Shown piece after piece: positions 39,904 through 59,532 of a DNA stretch of 64,000 nucleotides (position 1 is its first letter; every line of letters starts with the position of its first letter). The notes under the pieces are model-generated. The model was not told the DNA's origin. It searched no databases and saw only the letters and a program-made list of their open reading frames with translations. The DNA lies in NCBI GenBank assembly GCA_963920595.1, contig OY986946.1, positions 3,782,001 through 3,846,000 of the forward strand. Reading direction: 5' to 3'. Position numbers and translations under genes: made by a program. The DNA comes from Eimeria praecox. Taxonomy: Eukaryota.

Positions 39904-40398
39904 GGGCCCTCGGGGCCCCTGAAGGTGCAGAGGCAGCACCGAAGACAGCGGAGGAGATAGAAGAGGAGACACTGTTTGCTTGGTTAGAAAAAGTAAGTCT
40001 AAATAAAATATATATAAACAGAGATTTAAGAGAAATATATCTATATCTATATCTATATCTATATATCTATATCTATATCTATATCTTTATCTATATATCT
40101 ATATCTATATCTATATCTATATCTATATCTATATCTATATCTATATCTATATCTATCTCTGCCTCTCTCTCTCTGTATATATATATATATATATATGTAT
40201 CTATACCTATATCTATATATCTATTATGTATATGTATATCTGTAATCTTTATCTATTATCTATATCTATATATCTATATCTATATACCTATACCTATAAC
40301 ATAATACATATATCTATATATATCTATATATCTATATATCTATATAGATATATAGATATATAGATATATAGATATATAGATATACTAACATAATACAT

Positions 40399-40453
<55 letters not shown>

Positions 40454-40524
40454 CAAACAAACAGTAGACAGCATAGTTTGAACAGAACGCTGCTAGGAAA
40501 TAGGCAGGCTGGTAGCTGCATACG

Positions 40525-40562
<38 letters not shown>

Positions 40563-41007
40563 CTGCCTCTGCAGGCTTTGGAGTCGGCAACCCCTCAAAG
40601 ACTTCTGGAACAAGTTGGGCCGTTGCTGCAGCCCGAAGACCCGCCAGCAGCAGGTGCAGCAGCAGCAGGTGCAGCAGCAGCAGGTGCAGCAGCAGCAGGT
40701 GCAGCAGCAGCAGCAGCAGGTGCAGCACAAAGGTCTCTGGAGCGATCGACGTTGCGTTTGCTTCTGGAGCTCAGAGAGAAGCCCCCCGAGAGCTCCCATG
40801 TGGCAGCAGCAGCAGCAGCAGCAACAGAAGCAGCAGCAGCAGCTGCTGCTGCTGCAGCAGCAGCAGCAGCAGGCCGAACAAAAATGGAGGTAGATACTGA
40901 TGAGGAACCCCGGGGGCCCCCGCCACCGCAACGTCCGCGCGTTAGGGGCCCCCAAGAGGAGGAGGGGGGCCCCCAGCTGCCTCCTCTACACATTCAGTGT
41001 GACGTAG

Positions 41008-41050
<43 letters not shown>

Positions 41051-41186
41051 TGCAACAGGTGGGGATGCAGCGACTTCCCCCGCTGCTGCTGCTGCTGCTG
41101 CTGCTGCTAAGGCCCGAGCTTGTCCTCTTGCTGCTTGGGGTTTGTCTCTGTCTGCTTCAACGATGCGTCTAGGGTTTGTATCCTAG
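36852..41186 (+). CDS. Hypothetical low-complexity protein: RG(G)D/DR repeats, Pro/Gly/Met/His-rich region, short helical domain; 7 exons
   Basis: Frame-consistent GT-AG chain 36852-37733, 37894-37956, 38080-38107, 38265-38284, 38632-38875, 38974-39992, 40575-41186. Non-repeat segment: [30 protein letters not shown]. The choice of small middle exons is inferred from phase. Confidence 0.6.
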
Positions 41187-41312
41187 CCACAACAGCAGCA
41201 GCAGCTGTAGCAGCAGCAGCAGCAGCAGCAGCTGCTGCTGCAGCAGCAGCAGGGAGAAGGGGGTTTAAACCCTATAGTTTAAATCAAATAATATTTAGTT
41301 AACATGTTTGTC

Positions 41313-41397
41313 TTAAACACAATATGCATGCAGACGTTGAGGAGGCAGCATAATCCCGCAGTGCTCTCGAAAGGCATCCTGTGGGGCCCCACACCAG

Positions 41398-41435
<38 letters not shown>

Positions 41436-41827
41436 GCAGCAGATGCAGTGTTTATGGGGGCCTCTAGCCTATGGCCTTCCCCTCAATATTCTGCTGCCAG
41501 ATCAGAGAGCAAGTTGCCTGCCCTGTAGGGTTTAGGGTTTAGGGTTTAGGGTTTAGTGGGGGTTTAGGGTTCAGGATTTCCTAGGGTTTAGCTGCCGGAG
41601 GATAGAGCTTAGGGCGTGCTAGGGTTTAGGCTGTGAAGCATTCTAGGGTTTAGGGTTTAGGTTTTTCTAGGGTTTAGGGGTTTTTTAGGGTTTAGGGTTT
41701 CCTAGGGTTTAGGGTTTTCTAGGGTTTAGGTTCTAGGGTTTAGGGTTTACCAAGGGTTTATCTAGCCACTCCTCAACAAACAGACAATACACCCGCCGGC
41801 GCATCGCCTTTCCTGCTGCTTCTGCCT

Positions 41828-41878
<51 letters not shown>

Positions 41879-42131
41879 GTGTCTGAGTCTCTCGCATCTC
41901 CAGCTTAAACCCCCTAGTATTAAACCCTAAACCCTAAACCCTAAACCCTAATTTCTTACCCATGGCAGCATTTCATTCAGAAGCACATAGCGCGGATACA
42001 AAACCACAGGCTCGTCTGTCGCTGCTGCTGCTGCTGCTGCTGCTGTTGTTGTTGTTGTTGTTGTTGTTGTTGATTCTCCTGCTGCTGTTGTTGTTGTTTC
42101 TGCTGCTCCGGTTGCAGTCTGTTGCTGCGGT

Positions 42132-42170
<39 letters not shown>

Positions 42171-42544
42171 GGCAGCAGCAGCTGCATGCAGCTGTTTGGG
42201 GCTTGCGTGAGTCTATGGGTTGCTTCAACAACAGCAGCAGCAGCAGATCCTACTTGCTGCGGATCTGCTGCAGCAGCAGGAAGAACGACGCGGAGATGAG
42301 GCGCAGCAAAAGGCCCAAACGCAGCAGCAAGAAACGTCATCTGCAGCACCCCACACACACTCCTGCTGCTGCTGCTGCTGCTGCTGTTGCTGCTGCTGTT
42401 GCGTTGGTTGGTGGGTGCAACCAGCAGCAGCAGCAGCAGCAGCAGCAAACTCGCCACCAGTAGCAGCAACTCATGCAGCAGCAGCAGCAGCAACAACAGC
42501 ATCAACAGCATCAGCAGCACCACCACCACCAACAGCAGTAGCAA

Positions 42545-42594
<50 letters not shown>

Positions 42595-44556
42595 GCAACT
42601 AACCGGGAGGCCTGTCTGATAGAATTCAATTAATTTGAGGGCTACCTCCGCCTCCACTGTTATACCAAGGCCAAACGCCGCATGCATTATATCATGTAGC
42701 TGCACTCAAACCCGAAACCCTAGGAAACCCTAGTTAACCCTAGTAAACCCTAATAAACCCTAGTAAACCCTAATAAACCCTAGTAAACCCTAGTAAACCC
42801 TAGGAAACCCTAGTAAACCCTAGTAAACCCTAGTAAACCCTTATAAACCCTAGTAAACCCTAGTAAACCCTAATAAACCCTAGTAAACCCTAATAAACCC
42901 TAATAAACCCTAATAAACCCTAGTTAACCCTAATAAACCCTAGTTAACCATAGTAAAGCCTAGTAAAGCCTAGTAAACCCTAGTAAAGCCTAGTAAACCC
43001 TAGTAAACCCTAGGACCCAGACCAAAGAAGCCTCTGCTTTCTGTGCTTGCACAGCAAACCCCTGCATCTAAACACCCTGCCCAAATCTCTCACAGCGGCA
43101 ATCAAACCCTAAACCCTAGTAAACCCTAGTAAACCCTAGTAAACCCTAAACCCTAAACCCTAGCTACTTGTCTGTATCGCGTCAGCACGTAGGCTAGCTC
43201 CTCATCTTCAACAAATCTCACGGGCTGTCGATGCCCCGCATGCAGCGCGTTAGAATCCAAGAAGCGCATCAATGCATACCTAAACCCCACAAAACCCTAA
43301 ACCCTAAACCCTAAACCCTAAACCCTAAACCCTAAACCCTAAGTTTTTGATCCTCTGCCAGCAAAATATCGAACCCCCCAATCGCTAAACCCTAAATCCG
43401 TAGAGTCATATGCTTGTTAACCGTGCACAGGACTCAAGAAACCCTAAACCCTAAACCCTAAACCCTAAACCCTAAACCCTAAACCCTAGAACATACCCTA
43501 ACGTATTTTGAGGGAGGCGTCTGAGAGCCTCATAGTTAATAAATCTCTCATCAAGCAAAGGCCGATGCTGCAGCACTTCTCTGCCCTCCTCATCTTCCCT
43601 GCAGACAAACCCTAAACCCTAAACCCTAAACTCAAAACCCTATCCCTAAACCCTAAACCCTTGAGACCTAAAGCACAAGCCCCAGGCCGTAGACCGTAAA
43701 CCCTAAACCCTAAACCCTAAACTCAAAACCCTATCCCCCAGCCCCTAACCCCCCAAACCCTAAACCCTAAACCGTACCCCCCAAACCCTAAACCCTAACC
43801 CCTACCCCTTAAACCCTAAACCCTAACCCCTGAATCGTATATACACCTCATTTTGTCTCTCATTCTTTGTAATTGTGTCTCCACAAACATTTCGCTTAGA
43901 GTAGATATATGTATATCTTCTTCAGGTTTAGAAAGAGAGAGAAGGGCTGCCTCGGCAGCAATACGAGCTTTAATAAAAAAATTAAATAATAAACTACATG
44001 ATGCTGTTGCTGTTGTTGCTGCTGTTGTTGCTGCTGCTAAACATCTTGCTGCTGCTGCTGCTGCTGTTCCTGCTGCATATGTTAAAGGAGAGCCCGAAGC
44101 ATCCCCAGCAAACCCTATCTCAGGGGCCCCCCCTACCATATTCTCTCTTCTATATTTATCTCCTTCCTTCCATTCAAATGTTTTTAAAACCCTGGCGGGC
44201 TTATCATACACAGAAAACCCTTGACCTCTCTTACCCTCCGAGGGCCCCTCGGAGGGGGGCCCCCCAGGGGGCCCCCCAGGGGGCCCCCCGTGGGGCCCCC
44301 CAGGGGGCCCCCCGTGGGGCCCCCCAGGGGCCCCCCCCCCGTGGGGCCCCCCAGGGAGACCTTTAGAGGGGCCCCCAGGGGGGGCCCCAGGGGGCCCCCA
44401 GGGGGGCCCCCATGAGGGGGGGCCCCTCGGGGGCCCCCGGGGGCCCTCTAAAGGGCTGTTTAAAGATATTTTGTTGAGACGATGTTGACGAGAGAAAGCC
44501 TCAGCAGAAGAAATGCCGCATACACTACGCAGACTCCATAGACCTCGAGAAACCAT
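41313..44556 (-). CDS. COQ4: Ubiquinone biosynthesis protein COQ4, 7 exons
   Basis: Exons 44556-43847, 43598-43497, 43279-43168, 42699-42604, 42340-41960, 41825-41751, 41378-41313, all GT-AG and in frame. Motifs: LQRMRDKMREDEEGREVLQHRP, LPQNTLGY, RQPVRFVEDEELAYVLTRYRQLHDIMHAAFGLGITVEAEVALKLIEFYQTGLP (HDxxH..E metal motif). The N-terminus resembles a mitochondrial presequence. Confidence 0.95.
42708..43013. repeat. 10-bp telomere-variant satellite (AAACCCTAGT/AAACCCTAAT)n in a COQ4 intron
   Basis: About 30 tandem 10-bp units. Confidence 0.92.
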
Positions 44557-45209
44557 ATCGTAAGAAAATTCTAGGGTTTAGGGTTTAGGGTTTAGGGTTT
44601 AGGGTTTAGGCTTTAGGATGGTGAGTAGAGTCTTCAACATTCAATAACAGCAGCAAATATATTTACTTAAATTGTTGTTTTGAACGGAAAGAATAATAGA
44701 AAATACAAAACAAGACAGAGACAGGAAAATACAACAGGGGCCCCGAGGGGCCCCCCTCGGGGGGCCCCCCCCGGGGGGGGGCCCCCCTGGGGGGCCCCCC
44801 TAGGGTCTGGAGGCCCTAGGGTATTATTGTTTATTTAAATTTAGAAAAATACTTTGAATAATAAAAGTTTAAGGCTTAGGGTTTAGGGCTTAGGGTTTAG
44901 GGTTTAGGGTTTAGGGTTTGTGTGAATCCATCTAGGGTTTAGAAGCAACAAACCCTTAAACCCTAAACCCTAAACCCTAAACGCCATCCTACGTTTCCTA
45001 TAGCTTACAGACAGCAAAAGCTTATAGTTAGCTAACATATAAACCCTAAACCCTAAACCCTAAACCCTAAACCCTAAACCCTAAACCCTAAACCCTAGGA
45101 TTTGTTGAGGTAATTAGAGAGAAGTGTCTTCTTCTCCTCTCTGCCGTTTTCTCATTTTCTACGAACACACATTTGTGCATCTTCCTGCAGCAGCAGCAGC
45201 AGCAGCAAC

Positions 45210-45279
<70 letters not shown>

Positions 45280-45411
45280 CTTTGTTTGTATTTGGCTTTA
45301 AGTGTTTTTTTCTGTTGTTTTCTTAATTTTGCTCGGCACTACTTGTGCATACACCCCAGTGAAATCTACTCTTTATATATATTGTATATAAAATATATAT
45401 TAAATACAATA

Positions 45412-45448
<37 letters not shown>

Positions 45449-45659
45449 CCTAAGTATAATCTCTATAACATATAATATATATATTACGTGTATGATGTAT
45501 ATATAATATATAAGATGTACTATATATATAATACATATAATATTTATTATATATATAATATATACAATATATATAATATATAAAATATATATAATATATA
45601 TAATATATATAATATATATAATATATATAATATATATAATATATATATTATATATATTA

Positions 45660-45709
<50 letters not shown>

Positions 45710-45784
45710 ATATATATAATATATATATTATATATATTATTATATTATATTATATTACATTACATATATATATATATATATATA

Positions 45785-45840
<56 letters not shown>

Positions 45841-46314
45841 TATATATTATATATATTATATCTTAGCTGCTTTAGAAGATTTACACTAGGGTTTATCCAT
45901 AGGCATCTGCATACAGAGCTTAGAGCATCGAAGGGGCTCTAGGGTTGAGGGTTTAGGGTTTAGGGTTTAGGGTTTAGGGTTAGAGGAGTGAAGCAGGCAG
46001 AGATATAGAAGGAGACAAGCAACACCAAGACAGCAACAGAGACAGAGAGGAGATAGTTGTTGTTTGTATAACATCTAAAATATATAAATACAATATTTTA
46101 TTTCTCTCCCTAAACAAATAAAAAATAAATAAAACTAGAAAAGACAAGATACGCATGCATATATATACACCTCATCAGACACTTCAAACAACTTGAGGAG
46201 ACACCTGAGGCTCCTCTGAGGTGTACGTACACCTCAGATGACTCTGTATGAAAATATTAAGTAACTTAAATATTGTTTAAATAGTATATACTTATATATA
46301 TATATGTATATATA

Positions 46315-46362
<48 letters not shown>

Positions 46363-46450
46363 TATACATATATATATATATATATATTATAAATAATAAA
46401 AATTATTACTGTGTTGACAATATTCTACATGTTACAGTTTAAATAGTGTC

Positions 46451-46522
<72 letters not shown>

Positions 46523-47046
46523 TCTTAAACGTAGACAAACAAAAGCAGCAAACAAAGCAATATACTTATATTAATAATCATGTTTTAATATATAAACGAA
46601 AACAATTTAATTGTATTAACAAACATTAATTAAGAAAATAATATAATTATATTATTGTTTAAATAGAATGATTCTCTCAAAGCCCCAAACGTATTTATAC
46701 ACTCCGTATATTCTTCCTTGCATGCATCATTTTGTAGATATTTTTATTTATTTTTTTTTGATTTTAATTAGAAAATAAATATATTAAATAATTAACGAGG
46801 AAGATATACAATAGACATTAAATAAAAGATAGAGAAGACAAGAGAAATTATTATTATATTTGAGATAATACAAAGAAGACACACGCTATTTAAGTTTATT
46901 TTTTAAAATATATCAAACAAACAAAAAACAAATAAATAATTTTATTTACGTCTTTTATTATTTACTTCTTCTTCTTTAAGCAAATACCAACAAACAACAA
47001 CAAAGAATAAATTAAACCTAGCTAAGAAACCTATAGACACCTCCTT

Positions 47047-47120
<74 letters not shown>

Positions 47121-47179
47121 TGGTGTATACAGTTGTTATTGTATCATATACAGCGTGTAAATGAATACACACATGTGTA

Positions 47180-47198
47180 TATACGCACATATACGTAC

Positions 47199-47237
<39 letters not shown>

Positions 47238-47381
47238 TAATCTTTTATATATATATATAATATATATATATATGCATAAATCTATTATATATATTCAGGT
47301 GTACGTAGAGGTAGGTGTTCATACATTAACTAATGTATGTATATTTTTTAAAATAAAGATTACGCACATATACGTACATAT

Positions 47382-47413
<32 letters not shown>

Positions 47414-47527
47414 TATAATATATATATATATATATATATGCATAAATCTATTATATATATTCAGGTGTACGTAGAGGTAGGTGTTCATACATTAACTAAT
47501 GTATGTATATTTTTTAAAATAAAGATT
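47180..47527. repeat. Local tandem duplication (~166-bp period) with (AT)n spacers
   Basis: An ~89-bp unique sequence, TGCATAAATCTATT...AAATAAAGATT, occurs at 47273-47361 and 47439-47527. Confidence 0.88.
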
Positions 47528-47606
47528 TTGTAAGAGAGAAAATTAGGGGGAGTTTCTTGAATTTATACCTCAGCATCGATAATTTAATTATAATCATTAA
47601 AATTAA

Positions 47607-47645
<39 letters not shown>

Positions 47646-47881
47646 ATTCTATGTATTTAATATGCTCGTAGCAACAGCACCACGTAGTAATTAGCTGAGG
47701 TGTACGTACACCGCAGAGCGGTGGCGGTCGGCGTCCTCTGTATATAAACAATGTTTATTTAAATAAAAAAGAAAATAAAAAAACAAAATAATTAAAATTA
47801 AATATATTTTAACCGTAGAAAAATAAATAAAGGAGAAAAGAAAGAATGCAGCAGCAGAATTTTCATTGAAAGCCCACAGGA

Positions 47882-47948
<67 letters not shown>

Positions 47949-48076
47949 CTGCTGCTGGCCCCCCAGCAGCAGCGTTGTTGCTGTGTGTCTGACGCAAATA
48001 CCTTATTTTTTAATATATTTATATATTTAATGACTCATCCAAACTCATTTTAACGCTGTAACAGCAACAATAAGCA

Positions 48077-48108
<32 letters not shown>

Positions 48109-48134
48109 TCCAGCAGCAGGGGTAGAGAAACACC

Positions 48135-48168
<34 letters not shown>

Positions 48169-48398
48169 TAGCTTCCGATATTCATCCCCCCTTTGCACTT
48201 GACCTCAAAGCAACTCTTCATAGACAACTTCTGCAGCAGCAAAACCAGCGGCTGCTGTAGGCACACGGTGCAGCAGCAGCAGCAGCAGCAGCAGCCGCAG
48301 CCGCAGCCGCAGCAGCAGCAGCAGCAGCAGCCCGCTGTTAGCAGAACAAAGCCAAGGCGGGCTGGCAGCAGCCAACACGAGGGTCTGCTGCTGCTGCA

Positions 48399-54774
<6,376 letters not shown>

Positions 54775-54987
54775 CTAAACCCTAAACCCTAAACCCTAGC
54801 TAAACCCTACCTAAACCCTACTTAAACCCTACCTAAACCCTAAACCCTAAACCCTAGCTAAACCCTAGAGGTAGATGCTACGCACAGTTTCTTGAAAAAC
54901 AAATTAAAAGATACAGATAACTAAAACAAAACATATTATTCTTTTTGCTGCTGTTGCTGCTGCTGCTGGTGCTGTTGCTGCTGTTGT

Positions 54988-55019
<32 letters not shown>

Positions 55020-55203
55020 CTGTTGTTGTTGCTGCTGCTGCTGCAACGGACACACAGCTGCCCGCTCTGATGCCACCGCAAGACCTCGGTTTAGGGTTTA
55101 GGGTTTAGGGTTTAGGGTTTAGCTGTCGGAGAGGAAGTGTAGCGAGAGGGCTTACGCATGCAAACAATTTCAAAACTATGATAGTACCAGATAGAAGATG
55201 TTT

Positions 55204-55278
<75 letters not shown>

Positions 55279-55789
55279 GTACGTATTTATGTATTTGTTT
55301 ATTAAAGAAATCAAAAAGATACGTGTATTAAATGTATTAACTTAATTTTCTGTGAGTTTAAATTTTTTATAGTAAATATTAAAAAAACAAGAACAACTAA
55401 CTCGCTCAGCTTAAATTTCGGGTGTATATGCTCAGGAGGGGGTTAGGGTTTAGGGTTTAGGGTTTGGGGTTTAGGGTTTAGGGTTTAGGGTTTAGGGTTA
55501 TTTTTTCTCGAGGAATGGATTTGAAAAGGAGAAATAGTATTATTAAACAAAATAAAAAACATAGAATAGATATATCGAACATTAAATAATTTTTATTTTA
55601 AATATAAATTGCAGTGTATAGGCAGCTGTCTGTTTGTTACTCGTCTTGACCTCACAAGAAGAGGAAGAGGTTTGTATTAGCATTTGTGTGTTGTTAAATT
55701 GAAAAATAAATAGTAATTAATAAACAAAATATAAAAAGTAATTAAATAAAGAAATATATAAAGCATTTAGATGATAAGATGCAGCATTT

Positions 55790-55826
<37 letters not shown>

Positions 55827-56667
55827 TGCAGTTGAGGTGTCTGTACAGCTGAGGCCACCAACGGTCCGGCGGCATCGTCGGCTGCGGTTGAGGTATGTGT
55901 GTTTCTGTATATATTTGTTTATGAAATATATTAAATTATATTATTTAAATAATTAATTTGTTATTATTGATAGATGAAAGAAAATAAAAACAAAATTTAA
56001 ATTAAATTTTACTTTCTTTAATATCTACTTCTCGAGCCACTCTCCTCTTTGAGGTTTTAGATATTGTAACACATATTTGTGTGTTTCTTTATTTGATTAT
56101 TTATTATTAAAATACTATTTTCTTTTTATTTTATTTGTTTATATTCTATATTTATTTATTTTTATTCTCTTTCTGTAGATATTATAAACACTATCTCACT
56201 CTCTCTATCTCTCGCTTGCCTGGGGCCTCGTCTTCGAGACGAGTCTCTCAGAGTTGTTTGTTTGTTTTTACTTCTTCTTTCGAGTGTATATACACACTAA
56301 TCCTTCTTATATTTATTTGTTTCTTCTTTTATCTCTTTATTATCGAAGGAGAGGTAGCTTGAGGCTTCTCTCTTCCGCCTCGAGGACCTAGGGTTTAGTG
56401 TTTTCTAGGGTTTAGGGTTTCTAAGGGTTTTAAAAGCTTTTCTAGGGTTTAGGGTTTTCTAGTTTTTTCTAGGGTTTTCTAGGGTTTAGGGTTTTGTCTA
56501 GGGTTTAGGGTTTTCTAGGGTTTTCTATTGTTTAGATTTCTTAAGTATTTTCTCTATAACTATCTAAGTATATAAGGTTTTTGTTTCTCGGGTTTTGTAT
56601 ATTTTTCTAGGGTTTAGGGTTTAATCTAGGGTTTAGGGTTTAGGGTTTAGGGTTTAGGATAAAGAGG

Positions 56668-57378
56668 ATGTTGCAAGCGAACAAGGCAGCAGTCTTAACA
56701 GATTTAAATTTAGGGAGTTTATCCCTCGAATTTAAGGAAATAGAATATTTCTTACTTGTGTTTAGTAGAATAACGAAGATTGCTTCTTTGCTCGCTGGCT
56801 TCGCTTCATCCGCCCTTCTACAAACTGCGGGTACTTGCGTTTGTATGCTGCTGTATCTTATTCTGCTGTCTCTTCTTATTCTGTCTCTTCTTCTGTCTCT
56901 TCTTATTCTTCTGTCTCTTCTTCTGTCTCTTCTTCTTCTTCTGTGGCTTCTTCTGTCTCTTCTTCTTCTTCTGTCTCTTCTCCTGTCTCTTCTTCTTCTT
57001 CTGTCTCTTCTTCTGTCTCTTCTTCTTCTGTCTCTTCCTCTTCTTCTGTCTCTTCTTCTTCTTCTGTCTCTTCTTCTTCTTCTGTCTCTTCTTCTTCTTC
57101 TGTCTCTTCTTCTGTCTCTTCTTCTGTCTCTTCTTCTTCTTCTGTCTCTTCTTCTTCTGTCTCTTCTTCTTCTTCTTCTGTCTCTTCTTATTCTTCTGTC
57201 TCTTCTTCTTCTTCTGTCTCTTCTTCTTCTTCTGTCTCTTCTTCTTCTTCTGTCTCTTCTTCTTCTTCTGTCTCTTCTTCTTCTTCTGTCTCTTCTTCTT
57301 CTTCTGTCTCTTCTCCCTCTTCTCCTGTCTCTTCTTCTGTCTCTTCTTCTGTCTCTTCTTCTTCTTCTGTCTCTTCTC

Positions 57379-57417
<39 letters not shown>

Positions 57418-58553
57418 GCTCCCCCTCCTCCTAATTAAACATTTTTAAATCTATTTAATCTATTTAATCTATTATTTATCTACTTAATTTATTTAATTTA
57501 TTATTAATCTACTTAGTTTATTTAATTTATTTAATATATTTAATTAATATGTTGAATGCATGTATTTATTATATTTATTTAATATATTGAATGTATATAT
57601 TGAATCTATCAAATCTATTTAATCTATTTAGTCTATCTATCTATTTATTATTATCTATTTAATATATTTAATCTATTTATTTATTTATTATTATCTATTT
57701 AATATATTTAATCTATGTTTTTTCTGTATTTTCTGCTCAGCCGCCTCCACTCCTCCTCCTTCTTCTTCTTCTTCATCTTCTTCTTCTTCTCTTTATTTAT
57801 TAGATCTTTTACATACGTTAACAACAGGTTTAGCGTTTTGTTTAATGTTATTTGTTTTAATTATTTCTATGATTTCTACCCTCAAAGGCCCTGAACTTGC
57901 GCTGAGAGGCTCAACCCCACAGAGTGTACAGACAGCTGTTAAGGTACTTGATAGAGCCCAACAAACCACTCTCAGGTATATATTTTATTATTTAATTTTA
58001 TTATTTTAATATATAGTTATATAGTTAAGTTGTTTAATAATTCATTTTCTTATTTACATATTTTATTACAAGTTTTATTTTATTGGTTTAGTGTTTATCG
58101 TCCTCATTTTATTCGAGAGATGCTTCCCTCTATTAATATATATTTTATTATTATTATATACATATATATTTAACTCTGTCTTTGTATTTGTTTATTATTA
58201 TATATTATTATAATATAATATTATTATTATCATTATTATTATATTATATTATTGTATATTATTATAATAATACAATAATATTGTTTTTATTATATGTGTT
58301 TGTTTATATGTATTTATATTTTTCTATATGTCTTGGTATTTATTCGTGTCTTCGTGTCTTTGTATTTAATTTATTTATTTGTGTCTTTGTATTTAATTTA
58401 TTTATTTGTGTCTTTGTATTTAATTTATTTATTTGTGTCTTTGTATTTAATTTATTTATTTCTGTCTTTGTATTTAATTTATTTATTCGTGCCACCGTCT
58501 TTAATTTATTTATTTGTGTCTTCGTCTTTAAATATAAATATATAAATATATAT

Positions 58554-58591
<38 letters not shown>

Positions 58592-58963
58592 GCATAACTA
58601 TATAACTATATAACTAAATACATAAATAAATAAATAAATAAATAAATATGTAACTAAATAAATAACTAAATAAACAAACAAATAAATAAATAAATAAATA
58701 AATAAATCAATAAATAAATCAATAAATAAATAAACATGTGTGTGTTATACATTTGCAGGGTATTGAACCTGGGTTTGATATGTTATGTGCTATCATCGAT
58801 TATGTCTGCATTACTCTTTCAACGTTTTCTTCCTTGTATAATTTTAATTATATTATTTATATTAACTCTTTATTTTATTTATACATCAAATAAACAAATA
58901 CAGAAAGCTCTTATACCCCGTGTCTTTACTAATGGTGGAATCAAAGTAAATCCCATAGCGCAA

Positions 58964-59010
<47 letters not shown>

Positions 59011-59286
59011 ACAGACAGCAGCAGACACATTCTGCCCCTTCGACTGTATAGACAGAAGCAGCAGCAACAACAACAACAGCAGCAGCAGCAGCGACTCTGT
59101 CTTCTCTACTGTAGAGACAGTTGGATATACACACTCTTCAGGTGTATATACACCTCCGTCCGAGCATGCTGTTCTACAGCAGCAGCAGCAGCAGCAGCAG
59201 CAACAGCAGAAACAATATCAGCAACAACAACAGCAACAACAGCACCAACAACAACAGCAGCAGGAGCAGGAGCAGCAACAGGAGCA

Positions 59287-59343
<57 letters not shown>

Positions 59344-59461
59344 CGAAGCAGCAGATGAAGAGTCTCTTCTACTACGTATGGGGACAACTGTATGGGAAGG
59401 ATTAAGCTCATTTATCTTGCTTGAGGGAGAGGAGGGAGGAGGCAGTACAGAGGGGGCGTAG
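56668..59461 (+). CDS. Four-TM membrane protein, Orai-like, 3 exons
   Basis: Exons 56668-56830, 57741-57975, 58759-59461, GT-AG and in frame. TM1 SRITKIASLLAGFASSALLQ; TM2 LLHTLTTGLAFCLMLFVLIISMIST; loop GPELALRG; TM3 VLNLGLICYVLSSIMSALLF; TM4 LPCIILIILFILTLYFIY; then an A/S/Q low-complexity tail. The gene model is solid; the Orai relationship is by eye. Confidence 0.75.
56862..57390. repeat. (CTT)n-CTGTCT compound repeat in intron 1 of the Orai-like gene
   Basis: About 530 bp of CTGTCT(CTT)2-5 units. Confidence 0.92.
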
Positions 59462-59473
59462 CAGCAAGTGTCT

Positions 59474-59532
<59 letters not shown>

